Source: Octopus vulgaris (lineage: Eukaryota). From it: a stretch of 64,000 nucleotides of DNA. Of this stretch, positions 14,130-27,525 are shown in pieces. The notes under the pieces are model-generated. The model had not been told where the DNA came from and made no database searches. It was given only the letters and a program-made list of their open reading frames with translations. The stretch spans positions 49,786,001 through 49,850,000 of the forward strand of contig OX597820.1 of assembly GCA_951406725.2 (NCBI GenBank), read 5' to 3'. Both the position numbers and the translations under genes were made by a program. Position 1 is the first letter of the stretch. Every line of letters starts with the position of its first letter.

Positions 14130-14786
14130 AAATATTTCAGAGTGTTTGGGTGTCGATCTGGGGACAATGCAATTTCAGGACATGTAACGAGAATGATAAA
14201 ATCCAAACATCCAGCCAACATCATAGTGTTTGGAGTGATCACTAGTGATGGCGACGTTATGCCTCCATTTATCTCCCCACACGGCCTTAGATACAACCCT
14301 AAATTATGTGTCTGGAGGAGGTAGTGTTGCCCTAGAGCAAGAGGGTAGCTGCTGAGGGTACGGCAATAGGACTCTGCACCATGAAAGACGAGCAGGAGAA
14401 CCCAGTCATGGGTGTCAGACAATTTCTACGACCACATCACCCCAAAAATCTGGCCTGCTAACTTCCCTGACAGCTACCCTTTTGATTATTAAGTGTGGGG
14501 GACAGGCAAACAAAACTCCTTGTAACACCAAAGATGAACTGAAGGCAACGATTATGGCAGCATTCACCAACTTAAACAAAGAGACTGTCCAGAAGAATTG
14601 TAGGAGATTCCGAAGTTGTCTGGAGGCCGTGGTTGAAGCCAATGTCGATTTTATTGAATAAATTTACATTTTAATATTTTAAGATATTTTTATGTAAGTT
14701 TGGTAAATATATCTGTTAAAATGGGATGCAGGTGCGACTTTCATTTTCGCGTAATTTAGACGATAGTTTATTCACCACACCCTGTA
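14130..14786 (+). pseudogene. Tc1/mariner (maT/DD37D-like) transposase remnant with right end
   Basis: Translations KHPANIIVFGVITSDGDVMPPF, Q*DSAP, IWPANFPDSYPFDY*VWG, CRRFRSCLEAVVEAN; ends CACCCTG-TA. Confidence 0.8.
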
Positions 14787-14794
14787 TTTAATAT

Positions 14795-14842
<48 letters not shown>

Positions 14843-15476
14843 ACTATAAAGAGAGAGAGAGAGGGAGAAAGAGAGAGAGAAAGAAAGCGAGAGGGAGAAG
14901 GAGAGAAAGAAAGAGAGAGACAGTGGAGATGTTATAAAGATATAAATGTAGATATGGAGCTTAATTCCTAGAGATAAAGAGACAAATAGATTGATCGGTT
15001 CGGAGTAATGAGCTAAAACCTGTGAATCATTGGAGAGAAAAAGAGGGAAAGAAGGAGGAAAAGAGAGGAAGAGAGAGGGAGAGAGAGAGAAGGAAGGAGG
15101 CGGAATGAACGCGAATGCGACAGAGAGACTCGAAAACAGAATGGAAAGAAGCAATATGTAATAGATAGAAAGGGTAATGGAGGCAGATGGGGATTTTCAG
15201 AGAATAGAGTGAAGAAACAAAAAATAATTCGATGACACAATGGTGTCTCTGCAGTTAATTCATGCATGGAGAATTTAAAGAGAATTAGGAACTGTTGTGG
15301 TCAAGCTTCGTTTGATATATACAATAGTAAATAATGGGTCTTAAAGGAAGTATATATCAATGCCTATCTATTTGCATCATACTATACTAATTAATTAATT
15401 GTACTTGTATAATTGTATATATGTGTGTGTGCTTATGCGTGTGTGTTTGTGCGTGTGTGTGTGTATGTATATATGC

Positions 15477-15516
<40 letters not shown>

Positions 15517-15591
15517 TTACACACAAACACAGGCATATATATATAGGTAAATATATATATATATATATATTATAATATAATACACACACAC

Positions 15592-15780
15592 ATATGAGGG
15601 GTGCTGAAATATTCCTGGGTTTAATGGTATCCTGAACGACATAGTTGGAGCTCTAACCTTTAAAGTTTTTTTTTTTTTGAAGGGCTTAGAAAAACTGAAG
15701 GACTCCTGCAAAAAGTGTGTTAATCTGAGAGGGCAATATGATGAATATTCATTTACCCAAAACCAGCACCCCTTCGTATA
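15592..15780 (+). mobile_element. Internally deleted mariner-type element / MITE
   Basis: Ends TATGAGGGGTGCTG and CAGCACCCCTTCGTA are inverted; encodes KKCVNLRGQY (mariner C-terminus); related to 40605-40787. Confidence 0.6.
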
Positions 15781-15944
15781 CACATACACGTACATACTTA
15801 TATACATTTATACATACATACAAACATATATATATATATATATATATATATGTCTGACATTTTCTGTCTTGTGACAGAAAGTGTCAGACTTGTATGCTTG
15901 TATATTTTCCTTCATTCTTGTATTATTTTATGTATTTCAACATA

Positions 15945-16167
15945 AACACTGCGGCTCTGATGGGGCACTGTCAGTATCCTCAACTTTTCAATGGCTATCC
16001 TGTTTACTTGGCTTTTGGCTTATAAGGGAGATTGAATCTGCTGCCCTCGTCTGTGTTTCATGCGGATTTGTAGGTTCACATGGTATTTTGAAAAACAGAA
16101 AGTTAAGGCGCTTCTAGAAAATGTCTACTCCCTACACCCAGTAGATCTCTTATGTTCTTTGGTTAGC

Positions 16168-16168
<1 letters not shown>
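15945..16168 (-). mobile_element. 3' end of an older CR1-like LINE related to 2741-4183
   Basis: IPCEPTNPHETQTRAADSISL aligns with [21 protein letters not shown]. Confidence 0.7.
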
Positions 16169-16252
<84 letters not shown>

Positions 16253-16659
16253 GAAATGAGGTAATCAGAAGATCGGATGGTTTGTATTTACAGATATTTA
16301 TTTATATATTACATTTTTTACATATATATCATATCACTTAGTTCATTAGCGCTTTCTCCCATATATATATATATATGCATATGTGGGCACAGGATGTCAC
16401 GCAACGTGTACAACAAAAAATTACGAAGCACAACTGCATGAACTATTCTTTCGAACAACGAAAGACACAAATAGAAAACAAACGAACAACATAAAGAACG
16501 GCCCTTCATCAGTTGTTGGCTGTTTTCTAGTCCCGTATTTCGAGAATTTAACAACAATATATATCACTGCCTTCTAGTTTCCATCTACGAAATCTACTCA
16601 CAAGCCTTATATATGGACACACACACGCACCTCTTCCCCACACACACTCACATATATAT

Positions 16660-16885
16660 ATACATGTATGTATGTATGTGTGTTTGTATCTGTGCTTGTC
16701 CCTCCTCGTGATAACCGGTGTTGATATGTTTACGTTCCAGTCATCTAGTTGTTCGGCAAAAAAAAAAAAACCCAAAACAATAGGATAAATACGAATTTCA
16801 AAGAAATACTGTGGGCGATTCATTCGTTTAAAATTCTTCAACGCAGTACCCTAGCATTGCTGCGGTCGCTATTGACATTGGCAAT
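16660..16885 (+). mobile_element. SINE family B, degenerate 3' half in plus orientation
   Basis: ACCGGTGTTGATATGTTTACGT...GTTCGGCAAAA...CAGTACCCTAGCATTGCTGCGGTC is the reverse complement of the family B body. Confidence 0.6.
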
Positions 16886-19671
16886 AAACCACGGTGAAAT
16901 TTGAACTCAGAATGATGAGAAAAACTGAATACATGCATGAAGGGTGGGGTGTAATGCCTGCCTGTCAGGATACAGTTGTAGTGACACAAGAAACGGAATT
17001 AACAAGTATATTAAGGGAAACAGAACATAATATATACATGACGTGTACAAGAGTGACAGTGGTTGTTACAGTAGCATTGAAAGACAAGAAGAATATATAC
17101 AATGGGGAAGTAGATTATCTCTTAATGCCTGGCTCAATATAGGGAGGGTATTCTGTATATACAACGTATTGTTTTTTTTTAACGTTTATGCTTGTGTTTA
17201 TGTTTTTGTATACATCTATTATACTTCCGTGTGCGCTTATGTCTGTATATGTTTATAAGTGATGTTATGTATATATTGTATGTTGTATGCATCAACATAT
17301 ATATTAGAGAAAAGCTGTTTTGTAAGCTGAACATGGGTTTTGTAAAAAACTAAAAAAAAAGGGAAAAGAAATGCTGTTTTCGAGTTATAAAGTATTCTCT
17401 TGCGGCCGTCAAACGGAAGTCTACGTTTTGAAATGTCATGCTGACTTGGCTATGTTAAACCTATGCCTGCCCTGCACAATTTCTTCGTTGTTTATTTGAC
17501 TTCGCTTGTTTTAGTTGTCATTATTTTGTCAATTGATATTCGCCACACCAGCTTCAGTTACTCATAGACTGCAACACAGATAGTCTTGCTGTCATCACAA
17601 AGTTTATTTCTACAGAAGTAGTTCCCAGTAGTAGCAATAGTAGTGGTAGTAGTAGTTTTTGGTTTTGTTTATTTCTCAGGTCAGCTCTGATCGAGCATAC
17701 CTCTGATCAAAAGCATTCCAACAGAGATGACCTTTGTTTTAAGTATATATTTTCTTAAGACAATACTAGTGTGTTATTTGAGGGATTTTATTTTGGTTGC
17801 TATTACCAGCAGGTACTAAGTAGGCAAAACTCATGCAATTGCATAGAAGCTTCCAATTTGCATTTTTTCTTTTTTCTAGTTATATCCAGAAGGAGTATTC
17901 ATTTGCATCATTTCAACTAACTCCCGCTCACGACGCAATCAAGTAAAACCAATTTATTCGGCACGTAGAGAAAGAAGTCTGGTAAAAGTTTTTTGCCGAA
18001 TGAACTCCAACCAGCGGTGTAGTCTCTCCACAAGGCAATGAAAGAACCTCCATATGCTGATTCTAACCATCTGAGGCCCTTCCATTGCAAACCAAAAAGG
18101 CTATTTGTATTGGATGTTTATTTATTTCTAATTTAAGCACAAGAGCAACAATTTTGAGGGTCGGTACTAGCAATTAACAGGTGTTTTCTATATTAACGAA
18201 TCTGAAATTTTAAAAAGCAAAGTTGATCTCTGCGAAATTTCAGCATAGAATTAAAGTCGGTGCAATTACTGCGAAAGATTCTGTATGATACTTTGACGAT
18301 TCTACCTATAAAGGCAAAATACCAGCCTTTTGAGGTGAGGGGTTATCAATACTATCGATTCCAATGTTAGACATGTACTTTATTATTTTACCGACAAAAG
18401 AGATATGACAAGTAAAGTTGAACTCAGTGGAAACTGACTTCAAATTGTAAAGAACCCCAACAATTATCGCAAAGCGTACGATTATATGCATTATAGTAGA
18501 GTATCACTTCATTATATTTGGGGTCGAAAACTTTCTAGGATTCATTACAGTAGAGTCAATCGAATATTTTACGCACGTAAGCATGCAAAATAATGGAAAC
18601 ACTTAATTAGAATGAATCTTTATTATCTAATACATATTTGCTACATCTATGGATTGAACCACAGTTTTAATAATTCCGAACAGTTGTTAAGGGAATTTTG
18701 AGCCACTCTTCGAGTAAAACCTACTTTCAGCAACGATAGCGAAGTGAAGAAGGTCCTTTACTTGGTGTTCCAAAATGCATCATACATGTTTGATTTTATT
18801 GAAACCCAGTTACTGTGGGATGAATCCAGTTGATCTATTCAGTTTTGTGATATTCGTACTAATTCTAAATAACACTTGACGTGAGAAAATTGTGTTCTCA
18901 TCACAAAACTATGTGTGTACTATAAAATGTATATGATCAGCTGTCAACCAAAATAATCAGAAAATGTTTAGCGTTAAATCTGCCACGTTGAACAACAAAA
19001 TGGCCAAGAGAATTCCATGAAAAGGCTGCCCTAATCACCACTTTCATACTTAACAATAAAGAGCAATCATTGTTTCTTTGGACAGGATGCAGGCATTAAC
19101 TAGCCTCGAATTGGGTTAAAGTCTGAACAATAATTCATTAGAGATTATCATATTTTCCCACTGAGTTACTGACCACATCTGATAGTCAAGACGCAATTTT
19201 CTCCACTTATCAATGTTAATGGAGTTCAGGACTGGATTAGCAATTGAAGCTTATTCATGGTATCGAGCTTTATAAAACTCGCAGCGAACGGTTTTAATTG
19301 ACACAAGACTAGCAAGGTAGTAGTTTAGCTCTGCTGTCACAGTTGCTGCTATATCAGGGCTTTAAGACACAATGCATTTGACTATTTTCAATCCTACTCT
19401 ATGAGCTTTGCCTTCCGTCCACAATTATGTTTGCCAGAGCTGGTTTTATCCTGGATCTGGAATGCCAACATGATTTTAGAAACGGTACCTCACAAAACGT
19501 CCACAATCAGCAGTTTCAAACCAGAGTTCCATTTGCGTTCCAACAATTTGACCCCCTTGGAAATCAGAAAGGCCAGTCATATTAGCTTTATTACATATAA
19601 ATATCTGCAAAGATAGACAAATGAAATGATTCATGAAGAAGTACAAGACATATGGATATATACATATATAT

Positions 19672-19880
19672 AACGGGAAGATTTATGAAAATAAACAAAA
19701 GACGAAGGCAGGTGGAATACAAACAAACAATTGTATTAGTATGGCGCTCAGGAATATAAATAAAACAAGTCTTTTACGTTTCGAGCCTACGCTCTTCAAC
19801 AGAAAGATACACAGAAAAGAAACACGGAGAGAATCAAGGAGGGGAAAAAAATGCGTGCAGAAGCTAGCGAATCAACATGA
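19672..19880 (-). mobile_element. Penelope pLTR-like repeat family P1 with minimal hammerhead-like motif (19770-19807)
   Basis: UCUUU-CUGUUGA-A-GAGC-GUAG-GCUC-GAAA-CG-UA-AAAGA on the minus strand. Confidence 0.6.
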
Positions 19881-19894
19881 TATATATATATATG

Positions 19895-19944
<50 letters not shown>

Positions 19945-20200
19945 ACAAAAATTCTATAATTATGAGTATAATTATAATTAGGGTTCAGCAAAATTTGCTT
20001 CACCACATACAGAAATATAGAAATACCAGTTAAACTACTATTTCACTGCCATAAGAAAATCTCCCAGACACACACACACGCACGCATACACGCACATACA
20101 CAAACACAGACCAGGACAATTTGAGTTTGTCACGTTGCCAGTAGCAAAAATTGTTAAACAGAAAGTGTTACTTCCATTTTGTCCAAAACTTGTGTCTGTG

Positions 20201-20292
<92 letters not shown>

Positions 20293-21659
20293 CATATATG
20301 AATCCACGCGCACACCTACACTCACAAAGACATACAGACACACACATACTCACACACACAAAATACACACATATATCAACAATGTGTAACGTTACTACTA
20401 ACAAAAAATAGATTCGGCCACATTAAAGACGTTAATTCCATCCTCCTCCTCATCATTATCATTGTCATACAACCACCACTTCTACCTTCACCGCCGAAAC
20501 CACGAACACCAAGCACAGCAACAACAACAATAACAACAGCCACAAAAACAGTGGCAGTAGGAACGGTAACAACAGCAGTAGTAGTAGAGATTGCGAAATA
20601 GTTCTTAAAGAACATGACAATAAAACTGCATTATAAGCACATGAATATAATAGACGATGTGAATATGATTCTCTCTCTTTTTCTCACCCATTCTTCCTCT
20701 CTCTCTCCCTCTCTCCCCTTCTTTCTGTCTCCTCTGTGTTTCGTCAGAAGCCTGTCAAAATTAACAAATACACACGTATATTATATATATATATATATAT
20801 ATATACATACATACACACACATACATACATACATGCATATACATATATATGTATATATATAAATATATATATATATGTATATATATGTATATATATGTAT
20901 GTATGTGTGTATGTGTGTATGTATGTGTGTGTGTGTATATATATATATATATGTATGTTTCCGTATGTATGTACGTGTGTAAATATATATATATATATAT
21001 ATGCATGCATATACTTATCTCTCTCTATATATATACACACATAAATATGTGCGTGCGTGTTTATGGGCATTTTGAGTGTGTGTGTGTGAGCGTGTGTTTG
21101 TGTGTGTGTCTGTGTATGTGTGTGTATGTGTGTGTATGTGTGTGTGTGTATGTGTGTGTGTATGTGTGTGTTTGTGTGTTTGTATCAATAAAAAAAAAAT
21201 TTGTACAAAAATTATTCAAAATCGCTAAAAGAAATATTTGAATAAATAGATGAGGTACGGAAGTCTGTTGAATAAAGAATCTTTCCAACTAGAAGTAATT
21301 TTAATGAAATACTTGTTATATTTTTGTTTTCATCCTCTCCTTAGTTCTCATCTCTTTTCTTGTCTTCCGTTCTTTTCGTTTTATTTGTTTTTGTTGCCAA
21401 GAAATAAAAGAAAAAAAGATTTTTTATTTATTTTTGGTTTCCTTTCGTTCTCTTTATGATTTTGTTTTTAAATTTTTGTTTTTTGTTGTTGTTGTTTGTT
21501 TTGCTTATTTGTTTATTTATAACAACTCTTTTGGAATAGCACTCATTAGAACCGGTGTGTTAAAAAGAAAAGAAAACAAAAAAATTGAATCTCAGTTTGT
21601 TGAGCCCGGAGATAGTTTGTGTCTTGCGACAGTAAATCTATTCATAATGGGTAGCCATT

Positions 21660-21663
21660 ATTG

Positions 21664-21713
<50 letters not shown>

Positions 21714-21831
21714 CATCATCATCATCATCATCATCGTCGTCGTCGTCGTCGTCGTCATCATCATCATCATTATTATGATCATCCTCTTCATCCTCATTAC
21801 TATTATTATTGTTGTTATTATTATTATTTAA

Positions 21832-21904
<73 letters not shown>

Positions 21905-21912
21905 TATTATTA
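21660..21912. repeat. Compound (ATT)n/(ATC)n/(GTC)n trinucleotide microsatellite
   Basis: Directly visible; a similar tract lies at 41124-41265. Confidence 0.95.
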
Positions 21913-22468
21913 CACTGACAACGAAATTTATGATGCAGACGACAACGACGAGACAACGACCACACCAAAGAGCATAATGATTATGATGAGGTGGAGAGGG
22001 AGGGTCAGAAAGAAGAGATGAAGGACAGAAGGTGACGAGTGGCAGAGGGAGGGAGGGATAGGAGATGGATGAAAATAAGAAATGATGGTAATGAAGCAGT
22101 GAAAGAGGACTACGATGTCGATATTCAGGTGTTACTGGTTTAGGAGTAGAAAGAAGTAAGCAAAGAAAATTGATGAAGGTAATTTGTTATTTCATTGATT
22201 ATGATAATGATGATAGCGTGGTTGATGAAGTCCATGAGGTGGATACTGCCTTTGTTTTAGATGATGATGATGTTGGTAGTAGTGGTGGTGGTGGGAGGGT
22301 GCTGCTGCTGCTGATGATGATGATGATGATTGCTTTATTTGCTGCTGGGGCGGCGGGTATTGAGAACGATACAGACATATTATGTTGTGGGGTTTATTTA
22401 AAGTCGAATGATTAGAAAAATGTTTTGAAATATTATTAAACTTTATATACATATCTTAAGAAAAAGCG

Positions 22469-22889
22469 GGATCTTTTCGGTTTGAACGGCAGTTTTTTCT
22501 AGCGGTGTCATATGAAATTGTCACCCATAATTATGACCCTAGTATCGATCTATTGCATTTCAATCTGTTTTAGGGTTAGGGTTAGTTAGGGTTAGGGGGG
22601 ATGGGTAATTTTTTTCTTCACAAATGTAAATAAACCCAATCTGTTTCTTAAACGAGGGACATATTCATACGGCACAGAATGTTTTTTACCTCAATAGACG
22701 TCAGTGATTGGTTGAAATTGCAGAAATTGAAGAAAAAAAAACAACAAATATCTTACAAACTATAGAATTTTCTCAATAAAGCCAAGAGAAAAAGATGTTT
22801 TATAAACACATTCTACCAGTATACGAAGTTTAAAATTTTTAGTTACCTAGAAATTATGTTAAAAACTGCCGTTCAAACCGAAAAGATCC
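22469..22889. mobile_element. Non-autonomous DNA transposon (MITE): 29-bp perfect TIRs, 8-bp TSD; Merlin-like
   Basis: TIR GGATCTTTTCGGTTTGAACGGCAGTTTTT at 22469-22497 and 22861-22889; TSD AAAAAGCG at 22461-22468 and 22890-22897. 5'-GG termini with an 8-bp TSD fit Merlin (inference). Confidence 0.9.
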
Positions 22890-23546
22890 AAAAAGCGTTC
22901 TGATGATATAACCTTCGTGATAGAAGAGGAGCCTAAAACCAATCAAGAAACTCCACCATCGAAGATCTTCCGAAACACCAAAACTAAATGTGGTCACTGT
23001 TCTACTAAACTGCATTTAGAAAATCTTCGGTAACGAGGGAGCATGCACGTGGACAAATCTTAAATTTACATATTCATAAAATGGAAAGTACAAATTAAAC
23101 CATATAATCATAGTTAGTAGTTAATCCACGTTATTCCACAGTGGACCCTATCTTGGGTTAACTCCTTGATTTCAGAGCAAGGAAGATTGATTGTGTTCGT
23201 TTCATCCTCCACGCGTCATTTCTAGTTTTTTTTTAGGTCGTCCAACTTTTCTCTTGTTGTCAGGTTGTCTGGCTAACACTTGTCATAGATATACGCATAT
23301 AGAAAAGATGGTCGCAGACCGAATGATTTTTGTCATAGGCCTGATCAATCTATCTTGTGGCTATAAACAGCAAGAAGTATTATGAAATTTACTAAAACCC
23401 AAAAACTGTGGCTGCATTTAATATATATTTTAGAAAAATAAAGAAGGAAATAAGTGGAAATGTTATCGGTGGGGTTGTTAAATTATAAGGCACTAAAAGT
23501 GAATGACTCTCCCAAGACACAACAGCATGTATGTGTGTGTGTGTGA

Positions 23547-23608
<62 letters not shown>

Positions 23609-25479
23609 CTACCATGTATTTTCTGATTGTAGATGGACCAGTGGGAATGATACTGGACGACAACGCATGGTGTTTGTGTTTATGATACATAACTTAGCAG
23701 CTGAGTCCACTAACATATAAATTACTACCATTGTCAATATGACTAATTCCACAATTTGGAAGAGAAATTTGAATTTTAGAAGTATATTGTTGACTCGTAG
23801 GGGAAATAGCTACATTTGATAAACTAAACCGCTTATACAGAGTGTAGTATAAAATTCAGCCGGTTTGTGTAAGGCTATCCAACGAACGTCACTTCATCCA
23901 TGAATTCATTTTATTACATATACGTACTAGATATTAAATTGTCTGCATTTTCTATCAAGCTAAATTATGAATTGCCTATTATTATGCTAATCTAAATGAA
24001 GATAAGATCAGAAGTAGCTATAACTTCCTTTGTACTTTAGAGCGATAAAGTGGTGTTTGAGGAAATCTAGTGTATATACTAGAAGCAAAGTCATGGACAA
24101 AGACCCCAGTTTATATCAAAATTGAAACTGATATATAAAACGTATTCTGTTAGAAACCTGTCTACATTCTATCTAAAGACATATTCCTAAAAAAAAAAAT
24201 AAATAAATAAAACTAGAATTTAAGATCACTCTATGTCGATCAGCAGACATTTTGGAGAATGTTAATATCTCTATATCTTCGTTTCAACATGTTGAACTCA
24301 TTAGGAACATAGTGTCGAATTCAACTCCCATGTGCTTAAATTCATCATTCTTACAAGTTCTAAAAAGCTATAAAATATATACTTGTCTGCAATCAAAAGT
24401 AATGCACAGTTACTATTCTGTTGAACTAAATTGCTTCAAGAATTCCATCCAAGGTAATGTTCTCAACTATATAAAAACAGCATGTGTAATATTTCATTTG
24501 GTCTTGTGATAAATACATGTTGGGAGTTTAAAACACAGAGAATATTTTATAGCTGAAGTTTTGAAATGATTTATGGCTAAAGTAATGTAAAGTATTATTT
24601 CCCGACTATTATTAACTTAGTTTTTCATGTACATTGCTTTTTAACGAGATTTCAATCAGTTAATTCTCCTGATGTCTTCAGGAGTTCTATTCCTGTACAT
24701 AAATGTTATTTCCACATAAAACGTTTTATTTCTTTTGGGTACTAGATCGAAGACACATAAAATGTGAAGTTAATGTTAAATTACGAAATGCTAAATTACT
24801 TAAAAGTACAAAAGAATGGTTTTCATATAAAGAATTTATTATTCCTTTTCGCATAAGTCGTCTCCATCTGTTAAGTTCGATGTCACTTCTCACATGCAAT
24901 ATATTCTTTAACGTTCAGTCTATAAAACATTATATTTTTTGCCACATGTGCGTTCTCTTCAAGGAAAGAAAATGCTGGTAAAGAATTATTAGTAGTTTGC
25001 CATTAATAACACAAATGTGAATCGAAAGATCGAATGCAGTGGTGTTAAAAATAATATTTTCTTGTATTTAGCCGCCCAGAACAAAGTACTCTAATAAAGG
25101 TTACAAGACCATGTAAAGATCCAGACAGTATATTATACAATATATTAGGGCTTGTTAAAAATTTGTAAGATATATAATTCTTGGCTCTTCCCAGAACTGT
25201 TTTCAGAGCTGTATCTAGGGTATTGGAAACACCAGCTTACATATCTTGTTATTAGATTTATTTTTCTGCTCTCAAGTGGCTCTTGCTCCACTAAATGTTT
25301 TGCTTTTCTTTTTGTTCTCACAATTGTATATAGCTCTAGTATTGTTTTGTAGTATTCCGTATTATGAGGACCTACTTGTTCATACCGTCTCATTCTTCAT
25401 TTTCTACAAAAGTGACATTCAGGTAGGTAAATTATATGCATATAACATGATATCTCTGCAAAACAAACTTACTTCGCAA

Positions 25480-25870
25480 TAACAAAGCAGCCAATTACAA
25501 GAAAATTGCTTTAAAAATTGTTCTGGTACTTTTTCCATTTTCTGGGATGTAAAATAAGCATCAAGGTAAATTTTTTGTTCAGTCACTTAGAGCAATTTCT
25601 ACAATATTTTGGGAGACGTTAGTGATGAACAGTGAGAAAGATTCCACCAAGAGATAAAGGCAATAGAGGAGAGATATCAATGGAGTTGGGATATGAATAT
25701 GATGGCGGATTACTGTTGAAGTATACACTTGAATGATTTTGCGCTGGACTATAACCTGCCGAACGCTAAAACATTTAAGGATGTCTAAGAAACATATTCA
25801 TTCTTTCAGAATGTCATTTGAAGATTTTTGCATATAATTTGCAGATTTTGTTGAGCTTAAGATTCTGTGT
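25480..25870 (+). pseudogene. Chapaev3-like (CMC) transposase C-terminal remnant
   Basis: LGCKISIKVNFLFSHLEQF...DVSDEQ/ERFHQEIKAIEERYQWSWDMNMMADYC with frameshifts. Confidence 0.75.
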
Positions 25871-26159
25871 CAATAAAATAACACGATCCTAGGCCTCTTT
25901 TGTATTTTCTCTATCGTAGGCGAAACGCGTCCCCGTTTTTGGCAATAGTCTTACCAAAATTAAACTATCTGTGCGCAAAATCAGCATATATATATATATA
26001 TATATATATTTACATATACGACGGGCTTCTTTCAGTTTCCGTCTACCAAATCCACTCACAAGGCTTTGGTCGGCCCGAGGCTATAGTGGAAGACACTTGC
26101 TCAAGGTGCCACGCAGTAGGACTGAACCCGGAACCATGTGGTTGGTAAGCAAGCTACTT

Positions 26160-27525
26160 TATTCTATAAAATTTGTCATTATAGACAGTACAAAGAATGT
26201 GTAGCTTTGCGGGCTGGACAAACACATTAATGAATGAAAATGAATTAAAATGAATAAATGAGAGACGAAACCCAACACCCGCCGATTGGATTTTTGACTT
26301 CGGGAGAGTGGAGCTCTTCTGCTTTTTCCAGAGTCTCTCCCCCACCTCCCGAATCCTTAGGTTCCTTCGGCGGGCAACTATTGTTGCCCGCCTTCTTCCT
26401 TTTTAATCCTTTTTGGGTTGAGGAGGCTGAAACCTCCTCGACCACATCCACCTCTCCCTTTGACCGAGTCGGGGAGGTGGCATCCAGTGACTGTTGCAGT
26501 ACCTTACCATGGTCCTGGGGCAGTTCCCTCAAGTATCACTGGATACCTGCAGCCAGCCATTTAAAAAAATCTGGATATACCAGATCTGTTGCGGCCGATG
26601 TTTGACACTTCCCAATCGACCGCCGGCAATACCCTTACATTTAAGAGCCTGGGCCTGCTATCCTCCAGTCCCCGTCGGATGGTATCTTCAATCCAACCCG
26701 CTTCGGTGCCTGAGGGTACCCACATACCCAGGCTATTATTAATTTCCTTCCGCAATACGACGGGGGGGGGGGGCAGAATTTCATTGCCTTCTAAAGGCTG
26801 ACTTGCAAACTGGCGAGCCTTTTCCCCGTTGACACCACGGGATATGAATTTCACAGAGGATAAATAGTCTTTCAGTTCATTTTCTATAACTGGTTTTGAG
26901 ACGACGGTGATGGAATCAAGAACTTTAGAATAAGTTCTAAGCACCACCGTCCTCTCCTCCATATCTTTTAACCACTGCTTAGGTGGGTTAATTTCCCACT
27001 CTAAGATAGAGTTCTTTTTAATTTCCTTCTCTGCCATGTCCAAAAAAAAAAACAGTTCAAAAGACAGTCTGCCAAAAATTGAACCGAATAAAAATAAAAC
27101 AAAAAAAGAGAAGGAAAGGAAACTGAAATTAAAATAATGAAAAGAATGAACCAAAATTTAGAAAGAAAGAAAAAGTAGAAGAAGGGAAAAATAAAGGAAA
27201 AAACTCACAAATAGAACAGACAGGTCATCCTTTGTATAGTACTCCAAACAGGTAATCCAATTAGGTTATTCTTGAAGTACTTCAGTTCGTAAAAAATTCC
27301 AGTTTTTCTGGCGAGATACACCCACTAGAATTTACAAAAAGAATATTCAAACAAAAATTCTCAATTCACCGTTATGGTGATGAGAACACAATATTTTGCT
27401 CGCTTTTGCTAGCCATAATTGACAATTTTTCTTTTTGTTCTTTTTTCTATTCACGGAGCCCAAAACTCACATCTTCTCATTGTAACAGTCCAGACCAACT
27501 AGTGTTGCATTCTGGGTAACCGGAA
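26160..27525 (-). mobile_element. ORF1-only (gag-like) non-autonomous retroposon, copy 1, internally deleted
   Basis: 15-bp TSD GTAAGC(A/C)AGCTACTT at 26145-26159 and 27526-27540; protein homologous to 59515-60776 (LEWE..PPKQW...RTVVLRTYS, KFISRGVN, GTEA.WIE.TIRRGL, MAG.RYPVILEG). Confidence 0.85.
26245..27037 (-). pseudogene. Tx1/L1-like ORF1 protein, frameshifted, zinc knuckle deleted
   Basis: Starts MAEKEIKKNSILEWEINPPKQW; ILEG is joined directly to NCPR, removing the CCHC motif seen in copy 2. Confidence 0.75.

Noticed and set aside
16440-16570. CUGAUGA on the minus strand in a repeat whose inverted relative is at 30680-30790
   Set aside because: Could not build stems II and III around it, and the second copy lacks the core.
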